64,000 nt of DNA, taken from positions 74,214,001 through 74,278,000 of the forward strand of contig OZ076413.1 in NCBI GenBank assembly GCA_964187785.1, in the 5' to 3' direction. This document shows, one piece after another, positions 13,751-26,429 of the stretch. The notes under the pieces are model-generated. The model saw nothing but the letters and a program-made list of their open reading frames with translations. It ran no database searches and was not told the origin of the DNA. Position numbers and translations under genes: made by a program. Each line of letters opens with the position of its first letter. The first letter of the stretch is position 1. Origin of the DNA: Amphiscolops sp. MND2022 (taxonomy: Eukaryota).

Positions 13751-13867
13751 GTGCGCTGATTGGAGGAGCTCATTACGGACCAATCAAATCTGCCAGAAAG
13801 ATTGGTGTCCTGAACGGCATTGCTGAAACAAATTACGCATACATGATGCTCCGCCCTCTAGTGGCAG
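13751..13867. promoter_or_regulatory. Candidate internal bidirectional promoter: three CCAAT boxes plus a CTCF-like motif
   Basis: GATTGG 13758-13763, CCAATC 13780-13785, GATTGG 13800-13805. CCGCCCTCTAGTGGCAG 13851-13867 (reverse complement contains CCACTAGAGGGCG). Lies between two divergent accessory ORFs. Confidence 0.45.
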
Positions 13868-14420
13868 TTTGATGTCATGTGCGGAAACAGACAGCAAGAT
13901 GCAGTACAATACCAACTGAATGACCTAAAACAGAAAAACTAACGATTATATGTTTCATTCTCGTCATTTACCTGACCATCATGCATCAAATATCTGACAT
14001 ATTTATGCTGAAATAGACGTCATGAAGCAGTGTGTGCATGGTTTAAGAGAGTGAATTAAATGATTTTAATTCTGAAACTTTTCATGTATTTTAACTGAAA
14101 GTCATGTAATTTGGTTTTATTTTCATTTTGTTGATGATATTACTTAGAACGCATGCTATATTCCCATAAAAGGAAAATTTGTAAAATCCAAAAAATAAAA
14201 ATCGAGTTCTTAAAATTCACCATGCGGAGTCTCATTCATATTTGTTTACAGTCAATTATTATGCCTATACCAACTTGAATGGAAAACTAACACCCTTATC
14301 CGCCATATATGGAAGTTGTGAAGAAAACCTCATTTTGTTGTGGAGCTATTTGAATAAAATTGAGATATTATCTAACGCTTACCCTAAAATTACCGGGAAA
14401 AAGGTAAACGAGGGAGGGAG

Positions 14421-15674
14421 ATGACTCCTAAAACTACCTACCTTATTCGGAAAACTCGGGAGAATAGTAAAAGTGTGAAAAAAAACGGAAAGGATTCATT
14501 CAATCAACACTTTCTGAGGAAAATAGTTGAAACTTTAAATACCAAATGGAAAGCAAAAAGCCAAGAAGCTCAAATCTCTTCACCATCGACGAAGATATGC
14601 AATCCATCTCTACAAATTCCCCTGGATTAATTAATATATCCAGTGACTCTGGGGAAGAATTTGTAACCGAGCAGTCCTACGTTGAGCCAATTGACTTGAG
14701 ATTTAGAGCCGGAGGACCACTGCAAGACCCAATGTTGGCTTTTGTCAACGAAGACGCGACTAGACTGTTCGCGGTTAGTGAGACAGTGTCGAGAGAATAT
14801 TCTTTCATCGACGTTATTGGAACTGACATTGAAAGAGAAATATTGAGCACAATAACCGAAGACACTGAACTACCGGACTTTTCGTTTTCATCATTTGTCG
14901 GACGAGAGCAATGAAGATAATATACTGTTGAACGCGGACTTCGCAAACGCACCAAGAAATAGTTATGGTAGGCCAGTAGTGGCTGTTCCCCCGATGCGCG
15001 CTGGTGAAGTAATAACACAGATGCCTCCACTATCACAAAGTAATGCCAACAACTCCCTGAGTGATCTCCATAGAAATGTTCCAATAAGACCAGTGCCAAT
15101 AACTCCAATGGTGATACCACAGGAAATTCCAATCGCTAATAAACCGCATCAAAATAACCGTACTAGAGGGATTTTGCAAACGCCCCTAAGGGACCAAAAT
15201 TTTAACCCAAATACTCAACAACACATGCAAGCAATCCCTTTCCAACATGCTGGAATAAAAGACATACAACATCCTGGTAACCTAGATAACTCCGGATATT
15301 ACTACAAATCCGCCGGGCAACTATATTTAGACCCTCAAGGTACACACAACAACAATGGGGTAGCTGAGATTTACCCTTCCCAAGCCTACAGCAGTATGCA
15401 GGAACAACCACCCCACAGAAGGATGCAGCTTAACCCGCATGTAATGCCTCACGTTCAAGGGAACTGTCACTGGTGTGGAAAAACCTATGACGAGGTAGCC
15501 CTTGACGCCTTAGCGGCTTACACGATCTCCACCGAATACCCAGGTGAGACGGTGAGGGACAGAAACATCAGGTCACGAGCTTATCTAGACGGCTTTGAAG
15601 CTGCACTCATTTGCCTCAAAAATGCTGGCCTGTCACAGCCGAGAGCATGTGCTGGATCCGGGGTGCAGGGTTGA
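14421..15674 (+). CDS. Sense accessory ORF(s) of Gypsy-1 (acidic, then P/Q/N-rich, CHWC motif) ending inside the 3' LTR
   Basis: Overlapping ORFs 14421-14630, 14546-14914 and 14895-15674. The last (259 aa) runs 44 nt into the LTR. Confidence 0.55.
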
Positions 15675-17114
15675 CGGCAAATGCTTCAAATCGTCTACTG
15701 TCCCCCTTTCAAAAACTTGTCAACACGTAAAGCTCATGTTATGTTAATTTATTTGCGATGTTTTAACACCAGTTGTGTTAAGTTTTATTTGCTATTGAGG
15801 CTGTGTAAATACCCTTACTACTGTTGATTTACATACAAACACGCACAAGTTACTAGTTGTTCATTCGCCTTATGCCTAATGTTACCTTGTTCAGATGTTT
15901 GTGAAATGAATAAATTATGCGGTAGTATAATACTGTTATACATAATAGCATGTGACTTGCAACTGGAAGCACTGATTCTGCATAAAGTTTGCAGCACAAT
16001 GCAGTATAATTTCATTCCTTTGAAATTTAGAACATGACCTTCAAAGATATGACTCATTTGTATTCACACTTAGTTACTTCGGTAATGTGCTGATATAGAG
16101 TCAAATGAATCATGATGTAGTATTCACTTTTTATCAGTGCTCAATGTGATTTATACGTGACCAATCAGAGTGAAGTATATGACGTCATGCAGGATACTAT
16201 TGATAGATAATTGTGTCATGTAAGAATCTATTTAAATAATTTTGGAAAATAACGGAGTGCTGTTTTTAGCCATTACTTAATAATGATGTAATTATGATTT
16301 GTTAAAAAGTGCTTGTCATGCTGCTAAATTTAGCCCAAATCAAAAAGGAGAGTAAGAACCCAAAAATAACCATTCAACAGAAAACTTCCAGGCTGATCAG
16401 ACCTCTCTTTTCATTCTCACAATCTTTGTTTCAACTTTGATAACTTAACATTATGCGCATTTTCTTCAACTCTATTTCAACCCATTTTTACTTTGCTCAT
16501 CATTCTAATTGAAATTCTTCTCTCCAAAACAGCATTTCAATCTGACCAAAATGGGTAACAAGAGAAATAGAAGATCTAGACGAGGACAATCACCCTCACT
16601 TGAGAGAGAGTTGAGCACATCCGAAGTAGAGACATCACAAGGTAATGAAACCGTTATCGAAACTTTAAGTAACTTTGAAAATGTTAGTTCAGTTAGGGAC
16701 GAAGAAATAGCTCTAGACAGTGGAACACAAAATTTAAACGAAATGCAAATTTGGACCCAAGGGATATCAGATAAAACGAACAAAGAAGTAGCAAACTTAA
16801 GGAAAGAAATGGATGAGAAACTAGAGAAAATACTGAAAGAGATGAAAAATAACAGAAGAACGCAATCCGTACAGAACAGACGATATCAAGAACAAACACC
16901 CCCAGAGCAGGAACCTCAAAATACGCAAGTAATGAGGACGGTGAAGAAAACGCATCTGAGCCAGAAAACCAAGAAGGTTAAATACAGGATAATCCTTTTA
17001 GGCCATCTAATTTAAACGAACTTAGAACGCCAATACAACCTTTGAGCATGCAAAACATTGATCTAAATGACTCTGTGGTCATAAATGAGGACCGCACAGG
17101 AGAGGATTATCACA
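15631..17114 (+). repeat. Gypsy-1 3' LTR
   Basis: Direct repeat of 1562-3046, followed by TSD CTGTC. Confidence 0.95.
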
Positions 17115-17469
17115 CTGTCGAATCTAAAATTTAACGACAAGAATGTTCAATTTAGCAGCGCTGTTATTTTTTGCTTGCAATCGCTGGCTTGCATCTGTTG
17201 TTAATTTCGTATCAACAAATTTGTTGTGTGGTGCTGAAATCAAAGATGGAGGTGGGGGGATTTCTCACAAGACGGACTCCGGAGCTCACATCCGGAGCCG
17301 TTGCCTTTCCTCCACATCCTTGCCAATCACTCTCAATTCAATTCACATTCACATTGAGATCCTTATATTAACAAATTGAGTATTGAGTTCCTGATATTAA
17401 CAAATTGAGTTCATTATCTTAACGTTGATTTTCTTTTTAAACTAGCTCATCATTCCATTCTCAATCACA

Positions 17470-18325
17470 CCCAGTGACACGAATCTTGGTAGCCTTGCCA
17501 AGATCTTGGAAAAACATGGAAACGCATGGTAGGCTTACCAAGACGCATGGAAAAACATGATGCATGCTACGCGTGGCAAGATCTTGGCAAGATCTTGACA
17601 AGCGTTCCATGTGGAAATGCTTGCCAAGATCATGGCAAGATCATGGCAAGATCTTGACAAGATAACCATGGTAAGACATGTAAGCTGGTATTAATTGTGC
17701 ATAATTTATTCTTTTCGCAAAAATTCTTTGTCGTCTGCAATTTTTGAATTAGCCATTGTAATAACTTTGGACATAATATTTATTGATTGAAAATAGTTTT
17801 TAATTGAAAATTATCCAAAATTTGCTCAATAATTTGCTGCACCTATTGACCGAGTTTTGTTACTTGAGAGCACGGCATTGTTACTACTAACATGACTTAT
17901 CATACCAAGCAAACTCCGAATCAAGTTATTGCAACTTGCGGGTTTGCGATATCGGTGTGAAAACCAACTATTCTAGCGATGATTTGTTTAGAATTATGCA
18001 AATCATGCTATTACCTGATCTATTGAGGTAACGGGTTCTAATTACTGAAGTTCGTGAATGCAATAAAAACTCAAAATGGTAATTGAGTAAATCTTGGTAT
18101 GCTTGGCAAGACACATGGAAAAGCTTGGTAAGATACATGGAAAATCTTGGTACGCTTGGTAAGATACATGGAAAATCTTGGTACGCTTGGTAAGACGCAT
18201 GGTCAGCCTTGCCATGATCTTGCATGATCATGGTAGCCTTGGTAAGATCTTGGCAAGATCTTGCCAAGATCTTGGCAAGCATACCCATGCATCTTGGCAA
18301 GCGTGCCAAGATTCGTGTCACTGGG
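17470..18325. mobile_element. Non-autonomous TIR element, CCCAG...CTGGG ends (CMC/EnSpm-like)
   Basis: TIR CCCAGTGACACGAATCTTGG with its reverse complement at 18306-18325. 2-bp flanking repeat CA/CA. Subterminal arrays of GCAAGATCTTG-type repeats at both ends. Confidence 0.8.
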
Positions 18326-20540
18326 CATATATTTTCCTGATAGTACCAATAAGTACCCGATCACACCTAGGCCCACAGGTGTTTATACAAGTTAATCTGC
18401 TTGTTGAAAATTAGGGCAAATTACAGAAACGATCATTGTACCAATTGATGAGCTTGGAACATTGATGACCAGAAAAAACCTTGGAAATTTATTTATACAT
18501 ATGATTTGTTGCACACTTCTGCTTTTTTTGAAAAATTTAAAGAGTTTCAAGTTAGACAAGGGTATGTAACGGCAATCAACAAAATTTTCAACATGTACCA
18601 AAAATTTGTTCTAATCTGACGTGTCATCTATAGCATGTTTTGACGAAGTACCTGCCCGTAGGAAGCAAAGTAGAAAGAGACAGAGTCGCCTCGCGAGACG
18701 ACCGAAGACCAACAGCAGTAAAATAACAGCTAGAAGGTGCCAAACCACGGTGTTTGTCCAAAAAATCCCGTAAACCGTCTTTTTTGGCAGCATAACCGGT
18801 TTTCCTGATGACTGCGTGAAGTATTCACGCGTGCCGGGAGTTGTGCCCAGCTCGAGCGCTGGCGTGCCGACGACCTGGATTTCCACTGAAACGAGCTAAA
18901 TTATCTTAATTTTGAAGGCTAGATGGTGTCTTTAGATTGATATGCTCGAGAGCTATTGTTTTCATCAATTTCTGTATTTACTTGGTTTGTATATTCCCAT
19001 TCTGGAGAAAATTCAGTTATCCCACAACCCAGTTATTACAAGCTATTTCTGCTGTGGTTGCGAAACCCAGCGTAATACCCGTAATTAGTTGCAGTTACAG
19101 ATTGGACTCAGGCCAGAGAGTGTCCTGTAAGACGGTTCCCCCCCTCGGGACCAGCAACGCTTAGGAGACAAAATGAGCTAATGTTATGGTTCCTCCACCT
19201 CTTGTTCAGCGCGTATCGTTGCAGTATGACACATGAGCATGACCGGAACAAATTATTTGTTTATAGGAGCATTTGTTCTGTGGGAGCTTTTCTGTGCTGC
19301 ATTGGGCGGTCGATAGCCTGAGTTCTGATTGAAAGGGAGCCGATCAGAGACTCTAGTCAGTTGTATTTGTGTTCTGGATAGGATCTAATCGGGAGGTTGC
19401 ATTTGTTGAGTTTTTGATAGAGATTTACGTTTCAGTCAGTTCTGTGGCAAGGGCTTGCTCTTCGGCTGTTACGTCTCGTTCTAAGTGAAGTGACCGCTCT
19501 TAAAGCGTACTATTTGCAATACGAGAGAGATGCGACTTACGAGTAATATTTCGTGCTCTTCCGGAAGGACGGCCATCTGACAAAATTCTGTGTTGGTCGT
19601 GATAGTGTGGAACAGGCTTTTCTGAAAAAAACAATTGCTTCCTCTGGCTCATGTGGTGCAAAGTTTGCCCCATAGCAGTGGCTTGTTTCTATCCTCGGCA
19701 CAAGTCCGTCGCTGGTTAGTGTGATCAGTGACAACCACGAGGCTGGCAAGAGGTTCGTGTTTTACCAAGCGTCCGACAGTGAGGTCTCTATGCAGCATGT
19801 GCGGCAAGCTCAAGACGTCTTTGGGATGGTGGTGGTGGCAACTCTTGTGGAGTAAACTGTCCATCACTTGAAGAGTGGAGACTCTACGGAGAGTGGACAG
19901 AAGGAAAATATCTGCTGCGACAGTGCATTCGACAGGGGTACGTTGAGTTCACAGACCTGCGCGAGATTCTCACTGACCTGATTGAACTTTGGCAGTCAAT
20001 CCGATCTTACATCTTCTGCACTAGTCTCCCGCGCGTGAATGACAAAACTGATAGTGTAACTTTTATTGGGTTTTGTTGCATTGGCTCTGTTGTTGTTCCG
20101 TTTTACTATGTTTCTGTTATGTGTTTAGTTATTTGATCGCAGGTGTTCTTGATTGATTGTTGTTGTTTTAGTTGAAAGGGACGGATTGGTCTCTGATTGC
20201 TGACAACCTGCTGCCTTATCGTTTCGGCCTGTTTCGATTGATGTTAGATACTTACTTGTTGGACTTCTTTTCCCCTCTTTCTGTTGTTTTGGGGTTGTGT
20301 TGTCCGACGTGAGGGTTACATACTTGTCTAGTTTTGGATTTGATTTTGAGTCCTAGTTCGTATTTTACGATTTATACTCCAGACTTGTATACTATTTTCA
20401 GAAGACTTAGTTTTCCATTCTTTTTTAGTCTGTATTAACGTCGTGAAGCTGAGACAGGGACGCGTCAACTGTGCCTTCATGGGTATGGGGAGTTCTGCAA
20501 GTTTTTTACTGTCTGTTGAATACATGAGTGAGACGAGTTT

Positions 20541-21120
20541 ATGGATTTTTCAAAAATTACTGACTTTCCTGTGGCCCCTTCAGAGACATTTCTGTCCAAT
20601 TACGAGTTTGGTAAGAGTCTGGCTCCCGGAAAATATGAGTATGAAGAGCTTTCAATTCGATGCATGGAATTCATGGACCGGCTCCTTGTTCCTTCGGTGG
20701 AGAGCGCCAGTGCTATGTCAGTTGGGGTGAGACGGTTATACAGTTTCCATCCTGAAAGTTGATGTTAGAAGGCGATGACAGTAATGCTTCTCAGCTTTTC
20801 TCTGAGTTGTGTAAAGTCTTGGAATCTTGCAAGGTTGTGTCAGGTGAGGGCATCACAGTCGTGTTTAGGTTCTTGCTTCAGGATTTCGGATTCTAGTCGC
20901 TTAACCGAGTGTTTCGTGTTTTGAAAGTATGTTGCTTGCTCGTGAAACTGCCGTATCTAGACCGGCAAGTGGTGATGATTGATCTGAGTTGCAGTGCACT
21001 CAATGAGGAGATGTTTCAGGCATGTGTACCTCTCGTCGAAAGGTATGTTTCAAGCGCTGGCTTGTCTCACCAGTCCTTCTTTACCGAATAAACTTTAGAT
21101 GCCGTTCGTGTCGCGGTGTC
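20541..21120 (+). pseudogene. Homolog of the Gypsy-1 antisense accessory ORF (9263-10045), antisense to Gypsy-2 pol
   Basis: FMDRLL...RLYSF..MLEG aligns by eye with FMKKLL...RGLSSF..VVKVG. RVFRVLKVCC...VERYVSS aligns with ELFRFFRICC...LQCSISS. Confidence 0.6.
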
Positions 21121-23934
21121 AATTGCGGATGTTTCCTTGTTGCTACCATTTACGACCAGTGGAAGGACATTTTCAGTGATGTTTCCGTCCGTTCGGTGGC
21201 ATGCGTCCGTTCAACTTTGCCGATTAATTGCCTATTTGATTTACCCCTTCTGATCTGATATGTGATCTTTATCAGTGAGTATGACTGTTGCTAAAAACTA
21301 CTGCCTCGTCCATGCTTCCATAATGCAACGTCCAACTATCTTTGCTGTCATATCCTAAGTTGGATAAGCGAATAGACAACGAGAGAAGAAACTCATCGTT
21401 GGTATAATGAGTTTGTATCCGTTTGATGACTGCAGGTTCGGGAGGATGTCGAGTGCTAAGCATTGTTCTGGTCCCATTGTGAATTCCCTGTTGCTGAGCA
21501 TTTTCGGTCGTATTTCTCGCGCGCGTGTCGAGTCTTTTTTTGGCTATGCACTCTGGGCAGTTCGTTACGCAAGCTCTGATTTTTCGTGTTGTCCCGCTTA
21601 GTAAAATTCAACTCTGCATTCTTGAATCTTTTTTGATGTTCCAGGATGTATGCTCAATTTTCCATGCAGAGTGGATTTAACACAATTCGGAATTGGTGGT
21701 GCGCCACGGTTCCGTCTTCTCCGTAATATCTCCTCATTAGGGATCCTTCCTTCACTAGGATTCTTGCTTCATATTTTAGGAGATGTCTTCCTCTCGGTTC
21801 TGTATTGAGTATGTGCTTGTCATACTCTTCGTGTACGAGACGTATATTTAGGGCTTTCAATAGCGAGTCCGCATCTTGCTAGTTTCTGATGCGAGCGTTT
21901 TCCTTGATTGCCCCATACGCGTACGCAGCAGCATTGAGTGATCCTTTGACTACCTCTGTCACCTTTGTGAAAAAGATTTGTTGTTTCTTTCTGGCTGGGA
22001 CACGTTGTTTGCTCAGTTCTTTTCGTGCAAAGATTTCCTCTTCTGATTCCTCTTCTTCATTGGGGTGGAAGAAAAGTTGTTCTTCGTCAGCAACGTCAAA
22101 TGATTGAAGAATGACATCTATTGGGGACGTAAGTAAATCGTCGCGTAACTTGAGTTGGACTTTTTCTTTGGAGTTAATTCTACTCGATAGGAAGTCCGCT
22201 GATGTGTTTTGCAAGCATGCTACGTGCATGATGCGGAATTTACACGACGTAATCGCAGGCGTACTATTGAGTAGGCAGAGTGGTTTATATTTGGAAAAAC
22301 TTTGTTAACGATCTGTTAACTGTCAACACCAGAGTCGGTAGGGTAGTTTCCCAGAGTACGTGGCTGTATTCGAGGAAGACGTTGTAGGTTGCTAAGAATT
22401 CTTTTTGCTATTTTGACATTTTCAGTTGCGACGGTGACAATACGCGTGAACCAAACGCTACTGGTACAAATGTCGTCCGTTTGGATAGTAGTTTCTTGTG
22501 TTCGTCCTCTTCGATCATTAATGCCTAAACAGATGAAATGAAATTTGCATCATTCATGAGGATGTACTGTTTCCGCAAGGCTAGCGTTGATGGATTTCAG
22601 TGATTGACTAGTGCTTCAAAGACAGTGATTTTTGCATCGGCTTTTGATAGTTTAATGTTCCGACTAGTTCTTCGTACAGGCGCGGTATATACTTTCTGTA
22701 ATAGTTCACAAAGCAGATGTACTTTTGGACTTTGTCTTTGACTTCAGGAGTGGCAACTTTGCCAGAAAGGTTGTAACTTTGTGGTTTTGCGTCGCTACTC
22801 CGTCAGGGGTGATGGTTCGTCCAAGGAATTCAACTTGGGTGACTCCAAAGTGGCATTTTTAAATTGTCAGTTTTAGGACAGCTTTTCAGATGCATTTGAA
22901 TACTGCTATGACGTTCTTTATTAGTTGCTCCGTGCTGTTTACGCCGATCCCACTTCAACTTCCTATTGGGCGCTTTGGTCTGACTTGATGACTGTGTCGA
23001 GGTATTACCGCTTGAAACTAGAGAATGCGGTCAGGGCTCAGCTGAGTCCTTGGTCCAAACTACGGTAGGCAAATGTTTTGCTGGCAGAATTAAAAGCAAT
23101 GAGTTTCGCGTTGTTATGTAGATTGTCTCCAACATTCCGTCGCTTTCGCCAGTTTCGGGTGTGCTCTTCCTTGCACTCGGTTATAACTCCTCTTCGAAGC
23201 AATTTGGGTATCCTCGATTGTGTATGCCCTTGCATCTACCTTTTCCCGGTAGAAGCGCAGACATGGAGATTTCAGTTTTTTTGGTTCAAAGTCAGTTTGG
23301 GGTTGGATGTTCGCTGATCTTGTTTGTTGATATGGCAATTTCACGTTTCTTTTTCCTGGGGTCGATCACCACGTTAGCTCCGTCTCAGTAATGTTTGTTT
23401 TGTGCGTTTTGCTGCAGGAATCGCAATTGGGTCGTTGGACTTCTTTGTACTGGCCATATCTGACATAGTATCCTTTTCGATTTTGTTCAATTTTTGGCTC
23501 TAGCTGATTTGTTGTGTTTAATGGCACTAGAGTGGTTTCGTCCGGCCCGCTGTGTCCGGTAAGCCTCCTTTTTTTCTCGAAGCCTAGGAATAGTAGGTCA
23601 CTTTGTCTCCGCGTCCGCCAAGTTACAGTGCACTTGGAACGCGTTTCCGCGGAGTAGCGGGTGGAAAATATTGAGTTTTGTATCTCAGTGATAAGAGAAT
23701 ACATTTGATGTTATTTCGAAATATGTCCACAAATAGTTTGAATTTTCCAACATACCGTCGAAGACTGGGAGTGTTGCTGTTATTGCTTTCGGCATCGGGG
23801 GTACTTTGGTCGGTTGTTGAGTGTGAGGTTGAGATGCAAACAGTAATCGGGAGCGCGTCGGCTTGTCTTTTGCATGCTGACTCAGCAGGCGGGGCTGTTT
23901 TGGCTTCTTTGTCCCGATGTTTTGGAGTCATTGA

Positions 23935-23948
23935 GGACTCCGTTACCA
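23935..23948 (-). promoter_or_regulatory. Primer-binding site of Gypsy-2
   Basis: Minus strand reads ...CGTAACA|TGGTAACGGAGTCC. Confidence 0.6.
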
Positions 23949-24236
23949 TGTTACGACTGACTAACGGAGTGTTGATGGAGACGTTTGCTTGGCGAAAGGA
24001 GCCATTAGATTTACCATCTCCTTCTGATCCTCGGCTAAGATCTTAGCAAGGTCAGACACGATCTCCAACCTTAGAGACGTTTTAATTTCGTCCGGATTTT
24101 CAGATTGCACCCGTTGCGATTTGCTGGGACAAGCACCTAGATTTTCTTTAGGGTTACTCTCAACTATCGGAGTTTCTAGATCGCTAGAGACTAGTTCCTC
24201 CACTGCTTTCCTCTTCTGGCTTGTGGTTGGTTTTTT

Positions 24237-24238
<2 letters not shown>

Positions 24239-24272
<34 letters not shown>
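24239..24272. repeat. (GA)n microsatellite inside the Gypsy-2 LTR ORF
   Basis: About 17 GA units, encoding SLSLSL in ORF 23961-24359. Confidence 0.95.
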
Positions 24273-24277
<5 letters not shown>

Positions 24278-25199
24278 GAGATTGTTTTAAGCGGGCTATT
24301 GCAAGTGCTTGGACCAAGTTTTGCGTCGTCAAAACATATTCGTTCTCCCTTTCGTGCAAAAAATGTTCAAAATGAAAAGTGCAAAAGTGGAGTATTTCCC
24401 GTTGTACGTCCGAACTCTATCCAACTTCAAACTCCAGTCTCTACAAAAATTTAGTCAGTGTCGGTACAATGTGTTCTGCACCTCAAAGCGCCTCACAGTA
24501 TCCACAAAACGCGCGCGAAAAATTCTCGAGTGCTGTGTATGAGAAAAAAACGTCTGAATGAGTTTGGTAAATCATTGTATGTTACGTATCAAAATCAAGT
24601 TATGTAACCGTTTATGGGAGTACGTAATATTTGAGGTAATGAATTCACATCCGAAGATTCCAAACAAGCGAAGCACGTATCAAATCTTTTGTAACACTGA
24701 TCATAAAAGTGCGAAGAATACCGTGACATTTGGGCGGTGACAAGAATTTACTTCGACTGATGATGGGTGAAACCGATCACTAGACTGGTGAAATGTTTCT
24801 GAATAAACTTCCGCTCAACAGTTAAAAAGCATCACGTTCTCGTTTTCAAGATTGAAGCCTCAATGTTCATGAATTCTCAACTTATTTTCCACATCACAGC
24901 TGCAGGGCATTTTTGTTCGTACTGTATTGGCTCACACACTAAACGAATGTGAAAGCTGAGTAGAAACACCACTTACTAGGTAGGTCGATGGTAGACTTGC
25001 TGTTTTGATTGCTACATCTCGCGCTTAGTCTCTTTGCTTGAAACAGCTTGTTTTTGATGACGATGATGTCCCACCTAAACGAAACGCATTGTCATCCCTA
25101 GTTATTCGTTTTTGTCAAATATAGGTATAGTTCCAAAGAACTTTCAGGACAAATATCATGGCTCAAATAAAGTTCAAATTTTACCTAGGCATGAGGCTT

Positions 25200-25665
25200 G
25201 TTTTCTTTTGTGGCATATCGACAAGTCATATCAATTAGAAAAAAGTGACAACCCATATCAGGTTTGCCAATAGGTCACAAATACCTGTATTCAACTTCAA
25301 GAACAATTTAAGATTAAATGCAATTAAACATTTTAGTTTATCGATAAGTTTTTCCCATTTTAGGCACTCTAGTCACCACAATTATTTTCTCCGCAACCGT
25401 TTGGACGAAGCTGTGATAAGGAAAAGATTATCCATGTCATTGATATTTATGAAGAAATCTCGTTACCATTTCATAATTTCTATAATTTCTTGTCAATTTT
25501 CTAATTTTTTCCAAATATCTAACGAATTATTTGGAAGAAGTTTTCCTATTTAGATTTCAATTTACTGATATGAGTTTTGATTCATATGACTTATCGTGTG
25601 ATTTGAGTTGTCGCTTTCTCAAATTGATATGAGTTGTCACCTGATATGAGATGTCGCCCTACGGT
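25200..25665. mobile_element. Possible degenerate MITE with inverted GACAACTCATATCA-type repeats
   Basis: ~40-bp imperfect inverted similarity between ~25219-25260 and ~25595-25635. Ends and TSD not defined. Confidence 0.3.
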
Positions 25666-26429
25666 CTCTTGTAGAATCTCTTTTTGGATTCGAATTGTTT
25701 GAAGTATTGAATGCGAATGTGAGTCATTTCTGATTCTGGATTGGAACAAGTGATGAGAATGATTGACTTTGCTGACGTCGCCAAGAGATTTTACAAGGAG
25801 CTGAAAGCAAACTCTATCAGGGAATGAAACAGTTGTTTTAATTTCGAATTCAGATAAAAATGAGTACTTTTTTCACTACGGAGAAAACAAAGAATCATGA
25901 CGTTGTTGCATTATTCACTACTTGTTTTTATTTAAAGTGTTTGGGATACTGAATTGGTTTCTAGGTTGTTCTAAATTGAGCGTTGTCCCACCAAATTCTT
26001 TCTAATTTCCAGTTGTTTTTTGAAAAAGATGGACGCATTATGTACATGATTTGCCGTTAATTTTCCGAAATCCCCGTTTGTTTGTCATGGTTGGAAAAAA
26101 AACCTGGAACTGTCTGGGCGATTGCCACTGTTTGCACAACTGCTTGATGAACCTGCCCAATCTCAAAAACAATTGTATACTTAATGGGTTTAAAATAATG
26201 GTCGAATTATATTTTTTGAAAAACATATTTTCTTGATTCTGCATTGTCTATTACTAAATGGATGGGGTGATGCCATGGTGTTTGACCTCAAATTTTTCCA
26301 TAGTTGTGAAATGTTCTCAGATTTTTTGACCGATCAAAGTTATCTTCAATTGTTTTTTCAAATAGTTTTTCTCATTACATCGCTTAAAGGAAGACTTTTT
26401 TCAAAAGTACTCTACTGAAGAAAAGAGAC

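Larger units (their letters stand above)
1562..17114 (+). mobile_element. Gypsy-1: full-length Ty3/Gypsy LTR retrotransposon (15.55 kb) with accessory ORFs
   Basis: Direct LTRs 1562-3046 and 15631-17114 (TGT...ACA). 5-bp TSD CTGTC at 1557-1561 and 17115-17119. PBS, then gag and PR-RT-RH-IN in Gypsy order. Confidence 0.96.
19500..24400 (-). mobile_element. Gypsy-2: internally deleted, degenerate relative of Gypsy-1 (boundaries approximate)
   Basis: LTR end CA plus PBS TGGTAACGGAG at 23948. Gag remnant 23623-23949; RT remnant LIAFNSASKTFAYRSLDQGLS (~23040-23110); RH/IN remnants 21650-22480. Outer LTR ends not found. Confidence 0.75.

Noticed and set aside
17500-18310. CRISPR-like or coding interpretation of the GCAAGATCTTG repeats (ORFs 17968-18321, 18178-18414)
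   Set aside because: There are no unique spacers and the spacing is irregular. The repeats are subterminal arrays of a TIR element, and the ORFs are repeat-generated.
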